Sequence record: NZ_CP142098.1
DNA length: 64,000 nucleotides
DNA from: a plasmid
Strand: one strand, 5' to 3'
Positions 48,201 to 57,707 of this stretch are shown here, one piece after another. Within the stretch, counting starts at the first letter, position 1; every line of letters starts with the position of its first letter. The notes beneath the pieces were generated by a model. It searched no databases and was not told the origin of the DNA. It was given only the letters and a program-made list of their open reading frames with translations. Made by a program: the position numbers and the translations under genes.

Positions 48201-48527
48201 TCCCGGCTTGTCGTCCTGCATAGCAATTCGGTGTGTCTTGCCATCCATTTCCAGCATGTTTCGTCTATCAAAGACGCCGCCTAGAGACTCAATAAAATCT
48301 TGGAACTCCCTTTTTGCATCACCTTGCTTTTCAGGTTTGGCCAGTGTGGGATCGATGCGCCACTTAGCGAGTTTGCTGAGGTCAGCCCCAGGGTTGGCAT
48401 ACCAGGATTTAGCTTCGTTATCGAAGGTGAGGGCGTTGCCCCCATCCGGAAGTTTTCCCGCTGCGCGAAACGCTTCTTTGCGTTGTTCAACGGGGATCAC
48501 CAAATAGGTGGGTTCGGTAGCTATCAT
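45297..48527 (-). CDS. conjugative DNA primase of the TraC(RP4)/Sog type (1076 aa)
   Basis: EGYATA motif (VMAEGYATAASGAM) and Toprim-like acidic cluster IFLADDDLP; long Pro/Glu-rich linker; C-terminal domain. Confidence 0.75.
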   Translation of the reverse strand: MIATEPTYLVIPVEQRKEAFRAAGKLPDGGNALTFDNEAKSWYANPGADLSKLAKWRIDPTLAKPEKQGDAKREFQDFIESLGGVFDRRNMLEMDGKTHRIAMQDDKPGKKSGVYVGHLNGFINGWFADHRDGGMRHTWSLATEKPDPAVLAHQKALAAQERYKRNEEIKNEQNVVAKTQSRIYAQLSQASHDHPYLQRKMVKASSGVRLDRQGNLKIPLCNVDGEIRSLQTIKPDGAKMLTKNGQKEECFFVVGGTLKNGSPIVMAEGYATAASGAMALHHPVVMTVDSGNLVKVAGALKNKYPDSPMIFLADDDLPKPKRPGNPGKEKAEEAAALTGGMVLLPTFSPEERRQELTDFNDLHITHGLAALSEQLSPVQAMLKPTHQQEATMPNTPVVPEMTNPEPDHVANDTEIVAIPPVLTDEPSEPTPNVVESASDQVLPDHVTANVPNEFTDYSHIADAVMENEALIEKSKTAEIAPIVIPSPPSVDEQPASRDHKEPVNPTAFAPISSSEAEDSVPEKPVSFASRLAPRPAVEKEQADPTSSSAEVDGIHIETPIGSQTRAAKPLDLDALMQQITHEMAADGRSVKYLFAGEAAFVDHGDRLLMATAQASQNDAMILSALLVAREQYRGRIELTGSDEFKQRAITLIAEYNLDLKMKNAQQQVMLEEARQRLTDEPAPADKPSPAGSPISAIVPEAAEPNKSSVSMQSANALPPELQPVSLPQEAAQNASRAEGEAGLTGTLLDHGQAKYNFDNSESNSYYIKLRTADGEKFVWGKELSRVVPESGLTKGDIVTLTWLGRKEVTVEAKMRDPQGKVVVDKHGVEQTEQITTHRNHWEIKPAIDPSLLVRNEQQLAPPAALHAYDMTHYHALQQQVIQLATEAKLPIPPMPTLQHGLVWLKPNGEGTEPPSTRPAVTPLPAHTQDAGTALIKTLDAEKQLKLLLIKGLGDYVQGMVKYQDAYHPVLGKLCTHTNGHRYLTLNIITPEGLTPIGHGNAINNEEGASNAFVFNLKGEKERLYAPLVEPAKCPPALHKQLGFTREYTPPAHTPQRRDDVPENTVKPATAFPRPGA

Positions 48528-48540
48528 GAGGTTTCCTTAC

Positions 48541-48840
48541 TTATTCGAAAAACTTGCGATACCACCAGGGACGGCCGGTAACTGAGGTTCCGCGGAGTAG
48601 GTGGTGGAGACGCTGAAACAACACCGTTGGGGTTAATCCGAACAGGGACAAAATTTTGTAAATGCCGAGTGCGAGCAGGCAGAACATGAAAGTCATCATG
48701 GATGGCCAAATGGCGCAAAGCAGGAACAACAGGTACACCAGAACGGGAATACCGAGGATCGTTGCCGGCCGACCGCTGTCGAGCCAGGGTGAGTAGTCTT
48801 TCCCACCGCTGTCGATCCAGGGGGAATTGTTTTTGCTCAT
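48541..48840 (-). CDS. small membrane protein (99 aa; TraK/IcmT-like)
   Basis: Two TM helices; 4-nt overlap with the upstream ATPase gene. Confidence 0.4.
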   Translation of the reverse strand: MSKNNSPWIDSGGKDYSPWLDSGRPATILGIPVLVYLLFLLCAIWPSMMTFMFCLLALGIYKILSLFGLTPTVLFQRLHHLLRGTSVTGRPWWYRKFFE

Positions 48841-49997
48841 GAACCCTCCTTGTTTCTCGCAGTAAACAGCGGATAGCCCATGACCTGTTTCGCGGTCTCT
48901 TCATCAACACGCCCGGCGGTAAACAGTCGCCATGTGTGGTCAACAATGCGATGTTCCCGCGCAGCAAGTTCACCGTTAATCATTTCTGGCCAGCGCGAGT
49001 AGTGAACTTCACCCAATTTTCGGCGCCATGCTTCATCAAGCAGAACGTATTCCCGAACCGCTTGGCGTTTACCGTCGGTGGTCGGCAGCAAACGCTGAAC
49101 GATCAGGAAACGTAATGCATCGAGAAGGTCGAAGGCGACTTGCTCGCGAGCATCGGCCGGCGCCATTAGGATGCATCGAGAAAATGCATGGCCAGGAGAA
49201 AATGCGTGCAAAGTGCTGAGTGTCAGGTGACCGGACTGGGCGCACGCTACTGCTGCTTGCAAAGTCTCCAGGTCACGAATTTCACCAACCCCGATAAGGG
49301 TCGGTGCCTGGCGTAATGAGAGACGGAGCCCGTGGGCAAAACTTGGAACGTCCCGGCCGATTTCCGACTGCTGGGGTCGTAGCTGCCAGGTAGGCCCACC
49401 GAAAAGGTATTCGACCGGATCTTCGTAGGTCACCAATTTCCCGTGCGGGTGAGTTTCTCCGTAGTGCTGATATATCGACGCCAACAGGGTTGATTTACCT
49501 GAGCCGGTCACGCCACAAACCAAACCGAGGCCATCGAGGGGCAACAGGTTTTGGCGCAGGTCGTCTTCCAATCCCAGGCTGTCCAATGGGGGGATGGCGG
49601 TTGGAATGACACGCAGCGTCACTGCCATAGCGGTATTAAGCGCGCCAATCGAAGCCTGAATGAAGTTGCTGCGAAAACGGACGCGCTCCCCGCGCGCCAG
49701 CCCGTACCGGCCAGTATTGTCACCTTCGAGCTGTAATGGCCGATCTGCGCCTTGGCCGCTTTGCACCATGGCCTTGATATCAGGTGTATAGATACTGTCG
49801 ATCAGGTGTAACAGTTTGGCGTGATCCAGCGGGAACTGACTGGCGGTAACCTTACGGCCATGATGATCCACGACGATTTTGCTGCCGCTTTGCAGATGGA
49901 TATCGGAAACTTTATGGCGGTAACAATGGATGAAAAATTCACGGAGTCTGTCGGGGGTAAGCCCCCCGCTGAAGTCAAAATCGGTGAGGGCTATCAT
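48837..49997 (-). CDS. DotB/TraJ/VirB11-like secretion ATPase (about 386 aa)
   Basis: Walker A VCGVTGSGKSTLLAS, His box SGHLTLSTLHA; probable start at MIALTDFDF (49997) rather than 50096. Confidence 0.8.
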   Translation of the reverse strand: MIALTDFDFSGGLTPDRLREFFIHCYRHKVSDIHLQSGSKIVVDHHGRKVTASQFPLDHAKLLHLIDSIYTPDIKAMVQSGQGADRPLQLEGDNTGRYGLARGERVRFRSNFIQASIGALNTAMAVTLRVIPTAIPPLDSLGLEDDLRQNLLPLDGLGLVCGVTGSGKSTLLASIYQHYGETHPHGKLVTYEDPVEYLFGGPTWQLRPQQSEIGRDVPSFAHGLRLSLRQAPTLIGVGEIRDLETLQAAVACAQSGHLTLSTLHAFSPGHAFSRCILMAPADAREQVAFDLLDALRFLIVQRLLPTTDGKRQAVREYVLLDEAWRRKLGEVHYSRWPEMINGELAAREHRIVDHTWRLFTAGRVDEETAKQVMGYPLFTARNKEGS

Positions 49998-50010
49998 CAA
50001 TGCTCCTGTT

Positions 50011-50799
50011 TTATTGTCGGGTGTTAACCGTTGGCTTCCAGCGCTTTTTATCCAGCTCGAATCCAGCGTGCTGTTTGAGCTCACGGGTACGATCACCGAT
50101 CGTCACCTTGTCGCGGGAACCCGTGACTGTCTGCAGCTGTTCACTGACGACCGGCGGGGTAATGATCCCTTGCTGTAGCAGCGTGGTGTAACGCAACATG
50201 CCGGTGTAATCGCGCGTCAGGCGGTTGAAATTGCTCTCGAGCGTGCGATCAGCGCTCTCGCGCCCGTCCTGCCAACCTTTTTCTACCGCCGCGCGCCACA
50301 CCGCTTCTTCATTTCCGTTCTTTGGGCGGATGTCAGTGGGAATATCAGTATTGATAGTCAACCCAGCCAGCAAATACTGTCGCCAGGTGGGCGGATTACT
50401 GACGAACCTTTCAGGGAGCAGGATGCTGTAAGTCTTATTTGCTGTGCGAATCTGCCTGTCAGTAATGTGTGCCAACGATTCTGAAGCAACTATGACCGGC
50501 GGTAACCAACCCTGACGGCTAATCAGTGGTGCGAAGGTGTACATTCTGTTCAGTGCGTCGTTTTGGGCGTTTAAAGCTTGCTGCAGCTCCCAGGCGCGCT
50601 GCGCTTTGCCGCCGCGGAACCCCACGGTCTGCCCAGCTTCGTTCATCAGCTGCCAGAGAGTGTCGTTCAATCCATGTTTATCCGGTGCCTTTGGCGACAA
50701 GTAAGCCCCGATATCTGGGGGCGGGCCCCCTTCCAGAACGGCCGCACCGGCCGCCGTGCTGAGCAACCCCAGCCCGAGGGCAAGAGCGAGTTTTTTCAT
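50011..50799 (-). CDS. periplasmic protein (262 aa; DotC/TraI-like position)
   Basis: Signal peptide MKKLALALGLGLLSTAAGAA. Confidence 0.45.
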   Translation of the reverse strand: MKKLALALGLGLLSTAAGAAVLEGGPPPDIGAYLSPKAPDKHGLNDTLWQLMNEAGQTVGFRGGKAQRAWELQQALNAQNDALNRMYTFAPLISRQGWLPPVIVASESLAHITDRQIRTANKTYSILLPERFVSNPPTWRQYLLAGLTINTDIPTDIRPKNGNEEAVWRAAVEKGWQDGRESADRTLESNFNRLTRDYTGMLRYTTLLQQGIITPPVVSEQLQTVTGSRDKVTIGDRTRELKQHAGFELDKKRWKPTVNTRQ

Positions 50800-51254
50800 G
50801 CTGGCATTCCTTTTTTAAGGGGCAACATAAAGAACAGACGCAGCTCATGCGATTGCTGTTCAAGCTGTGCCCGCCAGTCTATTTGCGTTCGCACAAGGCG
50901 GAGTACTTGTTCGAAGGTGACGTCGCTGGCATGCAATGTGAGTGGCAACGGAAGTCGCACGCCGGTATAGGCGAATGACAAGCCGCGCATGTGAGCCAGT
51001 TGGCTGAGCAGTTCGATGGCATCACCATCCCAATCGACAGTAATGCGTTGTGAATTGGCGGTGATCTTGGGTGTGAATAAAACTGGGCGCACTTGGTTCA
51101 GCGCCTCAGATTGATAGAGCGTCGCTGTGATGTTCTGGATTGACTGCGCCGCGGGAGTGACGGCCGCTGTTGGAGTGACAATAGAGTGCGGCGCTGGCGT
51201 ACAGACGCAGCCGCTTAAACCGAACAGGGCGGCGATCATAGGTAAACGTTTCAT
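50796..51254 (-). CDS. lipoprotein (152 aa; DotD/TraH-like position)
   Basis: Lipobox LSGC after a signal peptide. Confidence 0.5.
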   Translation of the reverse strand: MKRLPMIAALFGLSGCVCTPAPHSIVTPTAAVTPAAQSIQNITATLYQSEALNQVRPVLFTPKITANSQRITVDWDGDAIELLSQLAHMRGLSFAYTGVRLPLPLTLHASDVTFEQVLRLVRTQIDWRAQLEQQSHELRLFFMLPLKKGMPA

Positions 51255-51279
51255 GAGAGGATGTCCTGCGAGATATGAA

Positions 51280-52680
51280 TTATTGATAGCTGAGAACGTT
51301 AAACTGGCCCGGCCCGCAGCTATGAGCTGGTAAAGGGTTGGAGATCACGTTGTAGCTTGCACCCGCCGGAACGGCGAAGGTAATGGAAGTTTGTTTCGCC
51401 CATTGGACGTTATTGTTAATGCTGCTGGCAACATTCATGCCGTTTACGGTTGCCTCTAAAGCATAAGTGTTAATGCAACTGCCATCCTCAACATCCCATC
51501 GTTTGGGCGATTGGCCCCCGCTCGCGATGATCCAAAGCGTCGATGCCCCTTGGTTCGAGCCAGAGAAAATACCTTCGTGATAGCCCAGACTTTGATAAGC
51601 ACCGTTGCTTTTCCCTGTGCCGCGCCAGACACCGTTTTGACAGACAAGCAGACCTCCGTCAGGCATGCGGCCAACCAAGCCATTTGGCCAACAACCGGTG
51701 TTCTCTTGTGCTTGGCCATCAAGCTGTAGATATTCGCCTACTGAGGCTCGTCCATCGGCTCGAACCGTTCCGCCTTTGAGCTGGCCACCGGTGTAGATCC
51801 CTTTATTGTTGACTGATCTGATCCAGTCGTTGTCGTCCATATAAAGGCCACCGCCGTGGTCTTCGTTGAGCCAACCTTTTCCGTGTTTTGTGATAAGCCA
51901 GCCCCCGTTAGAGCGGACATCCCCGTTGGCGCCAATCCAGCCGTCTGACCAGACGTTTTCCCGTGCTATCAGGCTTTTCCCGTTAACGTTATTGGCACTG
52001 TTTAGATCGTTCCCCCCCATATCTATAGCGGTGTGCATTTTATTTAGGTCTGGTCGCCCGTTGACTTGATAGCGGTATAGACGGTCACTCTCTTCAGTGC
52101 CTCCGTCTAATATATCCGACGTCAGATACGCAACCAGATGGCCACTTTGGCCATTCAGTCCCATATTAGACAGGTTGACCTGCCAGCCTCCGCCGGCGCC
52201 GTTGGCAACATTGACGGGTTCGATATACCCCCCCAAGCCAGACGTGTTCTGAGCGATATAGCGTTGGCCCTTGAACGTAATATTTTGACCGCCGGCAGTC
52301 AGTACAAAGGCGACCAGTTTGTCGGTTTGCGAAGGATTGCGTGTCACGGCAAGAATATAGGTTTGGGCGTTGTTGTTGGTCAGAGAAAACCCTGCCGGCA
52401 AATATCCTTTGTCGCGTAGGGTTTGACCGGTTAGCGTGACGTTGCCGCCCCCTTTGACCTGATTCAGCAAGGTGTCGTAGTTATCTTTCACGTATCGACG
52501 AGCTCCTTGGCTCACTGTGCTCAGGTGCGTCGCGGTGACGACCCATGTTTGTTCTTCTATATAGTTCGAATATCTTTCCAGCCCAATAGGAGCGGCAATC
52601 AACACGATCGCCAGAACGATGGCCATAGAAACCAGCGCACCCCCACGGTTGATACGATGAGTGGCAATTTCAGCAGTCAT
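51280..52680 (-). CDS. pilV: type IVb thin-pilus minor pilin / tip adhesin PilV (466 aa)
   Basis: Prepilin-like N-terminus (RGGALVSMAIVLAIVLIAAPIGL), large Gly/Asn-rich C-terminal domain, last gene of the pil cluster. Confidence 0.7.
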   Translation of the reverse strand: MTAEIATHRINRGGALVSMAIVLAIVLIAAPIGLERYSNYIEEQTWVVTATHLSTVSQGARRYVKDNYDTLLNQVKGGGNVTLTGQTLRDKGYLPAGFSLTNNNAQTYILAVTRNPSQTDKLVAFVLTAGGQNITFKGQRYIAQNTSGLGGYIEPVNVANGAGGGWQVNLSNMGLNGQSGHLVAYLTSDILDGGTEESDRLYRYQVNGRPDLNKMHTAIDMGGNDLNSANNVNGKSLIARENVWSDGWIGANGDVRSNGGWLITKHGKGWLNEDHGGGLYMDDNDWIRSVNNKGIYTGGQLKGGTVRADGRASVGEYLQLDGQAQENTGCWPNGLVGRMPDGGLLVCQNGVWRGTGKSNGAYQSLGYHEGIFSGSNQGASTLWIIASGGQSPKRWDVEDGSCINTYALEATVNGMNVASSINNNVQWAKQTSITFAVPAGASYNVISNPLPAHSCGPGQFNVLSYQ

Positions 52681-53345
52681 AGGGCACCTGAAGAGAGCAA
52701 TTGAGGGGAGCTACCGGCTACAACCGCCAGTAACATGAATAGCCAGGGAGCATAAGGTTGAGTCTTTTTGTTCATCAGTAATGCCCCTGCGATAAACAGC
52801 AATAATGCACATCCGCTCAGCACGCTGGCGAGCTGCCAGGGAAACCAGGCGCTCAGCGCGGCGATCAAATGCACATCGCCCATGCCGAACCCTTCTTCAC
52901 CCCGCAGATGCTTGGCGCCGTAGTGAAAGGCATAGAGGAACAAAAACATGCCGATACTGCCTGTAAGTGCCTCAGTCAGGGTAAGTGCACTTCCTGGCAT
53001 CACGGTAAACAGCAGACCTGTCAGCCAAAAACCCGAGGTATATCGCAGCGGTAGCCAGTAATTGCGTAAATCGAGCAGTACCATGGGAATGCCCCAGGCC
53101 AGCAGCCCCAGAATTTTGACGGTACCTAACCAGGGATGGCCCACAAGGGCCGTTGTTGCGATCAGTGCAGTACCGGTGCCGACGAAAACTATTGTGACGC
53201 CTCTGATCTGCAGCCGAGTGAGGGGCGGACCATCATGTTCAAGCAAGAATTTTTTCGCTCGATGAACCAACGGCAGGGTGCCAATAAACAGAGTGGCGCT
53301 GGCGCATACCATCAGCAAAGAGAACTTCAGGAGATACAAAGCCAT
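52677..53345 (-). CDS. pilU: prepilin peptidase PilU (A24 family)
   Basis: Polytopic 222-aa protein with the MVLLDLRNYWLP aspartyl-protease motif. Confidence 0.75.
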   Translation of the reverse strand: MALYLLKFSLLMVCASATLFIGTLPLVHRAKKFLLEHDGPPLTRLQIRGVTIVFVGTGTALIATTALVGHPWLGTVKILGLLAWGIPMVLLDLRNYWLPLRYTSGFWLTGLLFTVMPGSALTLTEALTGSIGMFLFLYAFHYGAKHLRGEEGFGMGDVHLIAALSAWFPWQLASVLSGCALLLFIAGALLMNKKTQPYAPWLFMLLAVVAGSSPQLLSSGAL

Positions 53346-53830
53346 CAGGCAGCACCTCCTTTCAGTTTCATGTACATCGCATACACTTTCCGCGCGTAAA
53401 TCATACGCCTCGGACCGTTGTTATCTGCGAATCCGGCGTTATAGGAGCCGAGGCATTGCCAATTTACCCCGCATTGTTTGAGGTGCTTTGCCAATATCCA
53501 GGCCCCGATCTGCACGTTGAGACAGCTGTTGGTCAGCAAATCCTGCTCACTGCGGATGAGGCCCAGCGCACGCAGCTGGGGAATATGTCGGTCATTGATT
53601 TGCATCAGCCCGAAGTCACGGCTGGTAACTCGTCCTGCTTTATCGCGATTTTTTCCAATGGCTTGAGGATTTAGGCTGCTTTCGACAGTCGCCATTGAGC
53701 GAAGTAATAAAGGATCAACTTTATAGCGCGCACCCGCCTCGTTAAAACAGAACGCCTGTGCCGGCAACGAGAAAAATAGTGCCCAGCCCAGCGCCAGACA
53801 GGCCAGGGCTCGTTGAAAGGAAGACAACAT
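53345..53830 (-). CDS. pilT: lytic transglycosylase PilT (SLT domain)
   Basis: Signal peptide; SLT motifs ...ESS..., GLMQIN, ...Y(A/N)...; 161 aa. Confidence 0.7.
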   Translation of the reverse strand: MLSSFQRALACLALGWALFFSLPAQAFCFNEAGARYKVDPLLLRSMATVESSLNPQAIGKNRDKAGRVTSRDFGLMQINDRHIPQLRALGLIRSEQDLLTNSCLNVQIGAWILAKHLKQCGVNWQCLGSYNAGFADNNGPRRMIYARKVYAMYMKLKGGAA

Positions 53831-53884
53831 GAGAATGCACTCCAGATGAAGGCCGGCAACAGAACGTTGCCGGCAGGATGGGCA

Positions 53885-54475
53885 TCAGGTGTTGCTGGTA
53901 AAGGTAAGGGTGTTCTGACCAACAGATCCTTTATCGGCAGTACACTGCGCCCCCACGGCGCTGGCAGCGATCGCGCCATTCGTCGATGTGCCGTTTACCA
54001 TGGTGGTAACAACACTCGGCGCTGCACTCAGTTTGGTGGCCAGAGTAATGCACGCCTCTTGAGGAACGGCCGCGTAAGTCAGAGAGAAGGAGGATTTCTG
54101 CCCACCGGCCGTTGCCACGGGTTGCACGGTGACAGCGCCCCCCCACAGGTTTTGCAACTTGGCGCTACCCGAGGATTTGGTACCGACAACCGACATGTTG
54201 GCCGGCGCCCCCCCGAACTGGATCAGCGCACCGGTCATGGCGTCAGCGGCGGCAAAATTATAGATGCCGGATGTTTTCAACATGGCGCGGGTATTGGTCA
54301 TGAGCTCCGCAGCATTACTGTACTCTGTGTTGCCATCGTTACGATTAAACAGACCGCCACCTTGTGTGATAGCGACAGCCAATACAGCAAGGACAATAAC
54401 AAACCAGATCATTGCTTCAATCATAGTTATTGCACCACGGTTGACAGCCGAGCGAGTGTTTTGCGTGAGTTCCAT
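53885..54475 (-). CDS. pilS: type IVb prepilin PilS (major thin-pilus subunit)
   Basis: Leader MELTQNTRSAVNRG|AITMIEAMIWFVIVLAVLAV with Glu at +5/+6, followed by a hydrophobic helix. Confidence 0.75.
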   Translation of the reverse strand: MELTQNTRSAVNRGAITMIEAMIWFVIVLAVLAVAITQGGGLFNRNDGNTEYSNAAELMTNTRAMLKTSGIYNFAAADAMTGALIQFGGAPANMSVVGTKSSGSAKLQNLWGGAVTVQPVATAGGQKSSFSLTYAAVPQEACITLATKLSAAPSVVTTMVNGTSTNGAIAASAVGAQCTADKGSVGQNTLTFTSNT

Positions 54476-54511
54476 TACTATTTCCTTTAGGTATCGTAGA
54501 GAGTGGACGGT

Positions 54512-55627
54512 CTAGCGTGTGCCCACGAGGTCGTTGAGGTTTTGTGTGGCCAGAAGGATCAGGATCATGTAGCCAGCGTTGGTGCCCAATGCGATGTAAG
54601 AAAGCAAAGACGCCGTCCGCTTGATCCGGGCTACAGTTTGCACAAGCCAGGCACGTGCAAAATTTTCAATAATGATTTCAGCATTATCGCCGTCGGTCAG
54701 CAGGACCAGTTTGTCGATAGCACGCGGGGAGGGGAATCCGTAGCCGGCATTGCGCAACGCCAACCCGAGGTGGTCACCTTGCCTAACCTGACGCTGGGTA
54801 GCGGCCAATCGCTCATACAACCAGGGCGGTGCATAACGGCTCAGCATGTCGATGGCATCCTCCGTCTTCACCTGAGCACGCATCAACGCACTGAAATTAA
54901 GTAAAAAACCCACTCCCAGCACGTCGCGATACACGCTCCACGGCAATAGACGATCTAAAACATGCTGCCGCATCGTTCCAGTCAAGTTCGGCATCGACCA
55001 AACGACGAAGCCAATCAGCAGGAGTATCAACCCACCAAGAATAATTGCATGATTGGCAAAGAATTCTGAGATGGTGCTGAGCCACCACAACGCCCCAGTC
55101 CAATTATCTCGGCCAGACAATGACTCCAGGCGGGGAAGGAAATAGACTGTGACCATCTTCATCATGGCAAACGAGATTGCCAGCAACAGCATCGGGTAGG
55201 CCAACGTGGACACCAATGCTGATTTCATATTCGCCATGCCCTGCACCACGGTGATCGCCCGGTATAAGGCAGCAGCCAGGTTGCCGTCCTGAACGCCGGA
55301 ACTGAGGATGGCGGCCTCCTGCCTGGGTATCCAGGACGCCAATCCCTGGTCGACTGACCGACCCTGACGCAGGGCACTGAGCATATCCTCCAGACAATAG
55401 ACCACCGGCGGGCGTTTCTTGCCGAAGCTCCCTATCATTGAATTGATGGCTTTCTCAACTTTGAGGTTGTTGTCGAGCAGGAAAGCCAGATCCTCGTAGA
55501 GCGTCAGGCGGTCAGCGGTTGAGAACGTCTTTTGCGCCAACCAGCGCCCTACCGCTTCATTCATTGTTTCCGATGACGGCATCCTGTCCCGTAGCGCCGT
55601 CAACCGTTCGCGCAAACGGGAAATCAT
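54512..55627 (-). CDS. pilR: pilus platform inner-membrane protein PilR (GspF/PilC family)
   Basis: 371 aa, polytopic, two-repeat GspF-like organisation. Confidence 0.7.
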   Translation of the reverse strand: MISRLRERLTALRDRMPSSETMNEAVGRWLAQKTFSTADRLTLYEDLAFLLDNNLKVEKAINSMIGSFGKKRPPVVYCLEDMLSALRQGRSVDQGLASWIPRQEAAILSSGVQDGNLAAALYRAITVVQGMANMKSALVSTLAYPMLLLAISFAMMKMVTVYFLPRLESLSGRDNWTGALWWLSTISEFFANHAIILGGLILLLIGFVVWSMPNLTGTMRQHVLDRLLPWSVYRDVLGVGFLLNFSALMRAQVKTEDAIDMLSRYAPPWLYERLAATQRQVRQGDHLGLALRNAGYGFPSPRAIDKLVLLTDGDNAEIIIENFARAWLVQTVARIKRTASLLSYIALGTNAGYMILILLATQNLNDLVGTR

Positions 55628-57114
55628 GATGCAGCCTCCGGGGGTAATAATGTCAGGCTGTCCTCGTCCAGCGGGCTGATATAGTCCGCATCAATCGGGT
55701 CGACCAATCCTTCATTGAGATAACGCATCAGGTGCTGACCGCGCGTGATACCGCCCAGCTTGTTCACCCAATAACTGCGCGCAGCCAGTTTGCCCTCATG
55801 GCGAAACAGCTCCATGAATCTGGCATCGGGACGAATGACTTCAGCAATGACCCGCCGGCCGATTACGCCTTTGTAACAGTGCTCACATCCCGCAGGATGG
55901 CGAAAAGCCAGCTTTTCGACCTGACAAAAGCGTTCAAGCAGCGCTCTTTTCTCCTCTCCCAGACTTGCTCTGACCGCCTCCCAGCGTTTCTTGCAGTGAG
56001 GGCACAACAGCTGCACCAGCCGCTGCGCGATTAAGCCAATCATGACTTGAGGGTCGGCCACCTGGCCCATGGGGATACCCAGAGTATCGGTCAGGCGATC
56101 AAGAATGCCGACCGCATCATTCGCATGCAGCGTGGTTTCCACCAGGTGTCCTGACTTGGCCGCCGTCAACGCAGACTTAACCGAGTTGGCATCACGAATT
56201 TCGCCGACAACCATGGCATCAGGATCTAGCCGTAATGCGGCAGAAATAGACCTGACCCAGGCACGGCTAACAGCATCCGGATCGTTTTTATCGGCAATGA
56301 TGGGGGTTTGTACCGCCCCGATAATCAACCCTTCCGGAGGATCTTCCAGTGTCATCAGTCGTTTTCGATGCCCGGTAAACGACAGGTACATTTCGCTGAA
56401 TGTACGTAGGGAGGTACTTTTCCCGGAACCGGTTGGGCCGGACAGGGTGATGACGCCTTCAGGGCGCGCCAGCATACGGCGAATAAGGGTTTGCTGTTCC
56501 GGTAGAAAACCCAGTTCGTCCAGCGTAGGCGGCGTTTTACCCTCATCGGGTAAAATGCGCATGACCACATACAGACCGAATTCTGCCGGCGTATGTGCAT
56601 AACGCGCGCCGAAGAGCTGAAGCCCTTGCAGAAACTCTTTACGCACCCGCCCATCCTGAGCGCGATTGGGGTTAAAACTCTTCTCGGCCACATCGCACAT
56701 CGACATCACAATCGTTGACGCCAGCGTCATCCCTTCCGCGCAATCCAGCGTTGTCACCGTTTCAAGATCGCCATGAACACGAAACTGCACCACCGTCACA
56801 TCATTCATCCCGATCAGCAGATGAATATCACTGGCGCCTTTCATCTTGGCATCCTTGAAGAAGCTAATAATCTTCGCCTGTTGAACGGAATATTCGCTAG
56901 CGTTGGGGTTCTCAGTGAGCTGGCTTTGCTGCAACTCTTTCAGCTTGTCGAGCTGAACCCGCTTAACCTGCAGTCTGGGGTATTTTTTAAACGCGCCGGC
57001 AATCTCTGACGTGACGGCCAGACTATTATTGTGTGCGTCAGATACATACAGCGTTGGGGCATCGGTATTGGCCAGATCTAAATGGATATAGGTTGAACCA
57101 CGTTTCTCATACAT
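55624..57114 (-). CDS. pilQ: pilus assembly ATPase PilQ (GspE/PilB family)
   Basis: Walker A LSGPTGSGKSTSL, Asp box, His box TLHANDA, tetracysteine CPHC...CEHC. Confidence 0.85.
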   Translation of the reverse strand: MYEKRGSTYIHLDLANTDAPTLYVSDAHNNSLAVTSEIAGAFKKYPRLQVKRVQLDKLKELQQSQLTENPNASEYSVQQAKIISFFKDAKMKGASDIHLLIGMNDVTVVQFRVHGDLETVTTLDCAEGMTLASTIVMSMCDVAEKSFNPNRAQDGRVRKEFLQGLQLFGARYAHTPAEFGLYVVMRILPDEGKTPPTLDELGFLPEQQTLIRRMLARPEGVITLSGPTGSGKSTSLRTFSEMYLSFTGHRKRLMTLEDPPEGLIIGAVQTPIIADKNDPDAVSRAWVRSISAALRLDPDAMVVGEIRDANSVKSALTAAKSGHLVETTLHANDAVGILDRLTDTLGIPMGQVADPQVMIGLIAQRLVQLLCPHCKKRWEAVRASLGEEKRALLERFCQVEKLAFRHPAGCEHCYKGVIGRRVIAEVIRPDARFMELFRHEGKLAARSYWVNKLGGITRGQHLMRYLNEGLVDPIDADYISPLDEDSLTLLPPEAAS

Positions 57115-57119
57115 ATGGG

Positions 57120-57707
57120 TTACCCCGCAAAGGAAAGAGAGACCAGTGTTTGGTTCTTCCCGGAGACCACGACTTCATTGATGTTGATCCGTTTAACAAC
57201 GAACTCCGTACCCGGGATACGATTCCCCACCTGCACCGTAACCTGATTGCCGTTGCTGAGTGCCAGCACGGCCGTGAATCCTTTACCCGCTCCGGTGATC
57301 TCCACAATCTGCGGTGGAGCAGCATCTTGCACCGCGCCCTTGACCTCGGATTTGTTGTCCTGAGAAGGTGGCGCCGGGTTGAAAGGCTGATCCAGTGCAC
57401 GGTCATACCCGTTCTTTTGCAGTTCATTCAGCGCCTTGGCCCTGGCCAGCTGGAGCTCGTACAGCACTGTCTCTGCCTGGATGACCTCCAGTTGCCCAAG
57501 ATTTAACGCAAGCCCAGCCTCCGCGCGCGCGAACGTGGTCGGCAGAGGAAGATCCGCTGTCGTGGGTGGCTTCACCGTCGGTGAAGCGGGCGGGGCCGCC
57601 GGTATGTCAGCGACCGGTGCGGCGAAGACACTAGGTGCAATCAGCACTAGGCACAACGCCCAGGGCGTTACTCTGGATTTAGCGGTTGGCATACAGAAGT
57701 CCCTCAA
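57120..57707 (-). CDS. pilP: PilP (periplasmic pilus biogenesis protein)
   Basis: Signal peptide, Pro/Ala-rich linker; position and size. Confidence 0.6.
   Translation of the reverse strand: MRDFCMPTAKSRVTPWALCLVLIAPSVFAAPVADIPAAPPASPTVKPPTTADLPLPTTFARAEAGLALNLGQLEVIQAETVLYELQLARAKALNELQKNGYDRALDQPFNPAPPSQDNKSEVKGAVQDAAPPQIVEITGAGKGFTAVLALSNGNQVTVQVGNRIPGTEFVVKRININEVVVSGKNQTLVSLSFAG

Noticed and set aside
50796-51300. Looked for an rci recombinase gene and 19-bp shufflon repeats downstream of pilV, as in R64/SPI-7.
   Set aside because: PilV's stop is 25 nt from the start of the next gene (a lipoprotein); no recombinase ORF or inverted C-terminal pilV segments are present in the window.
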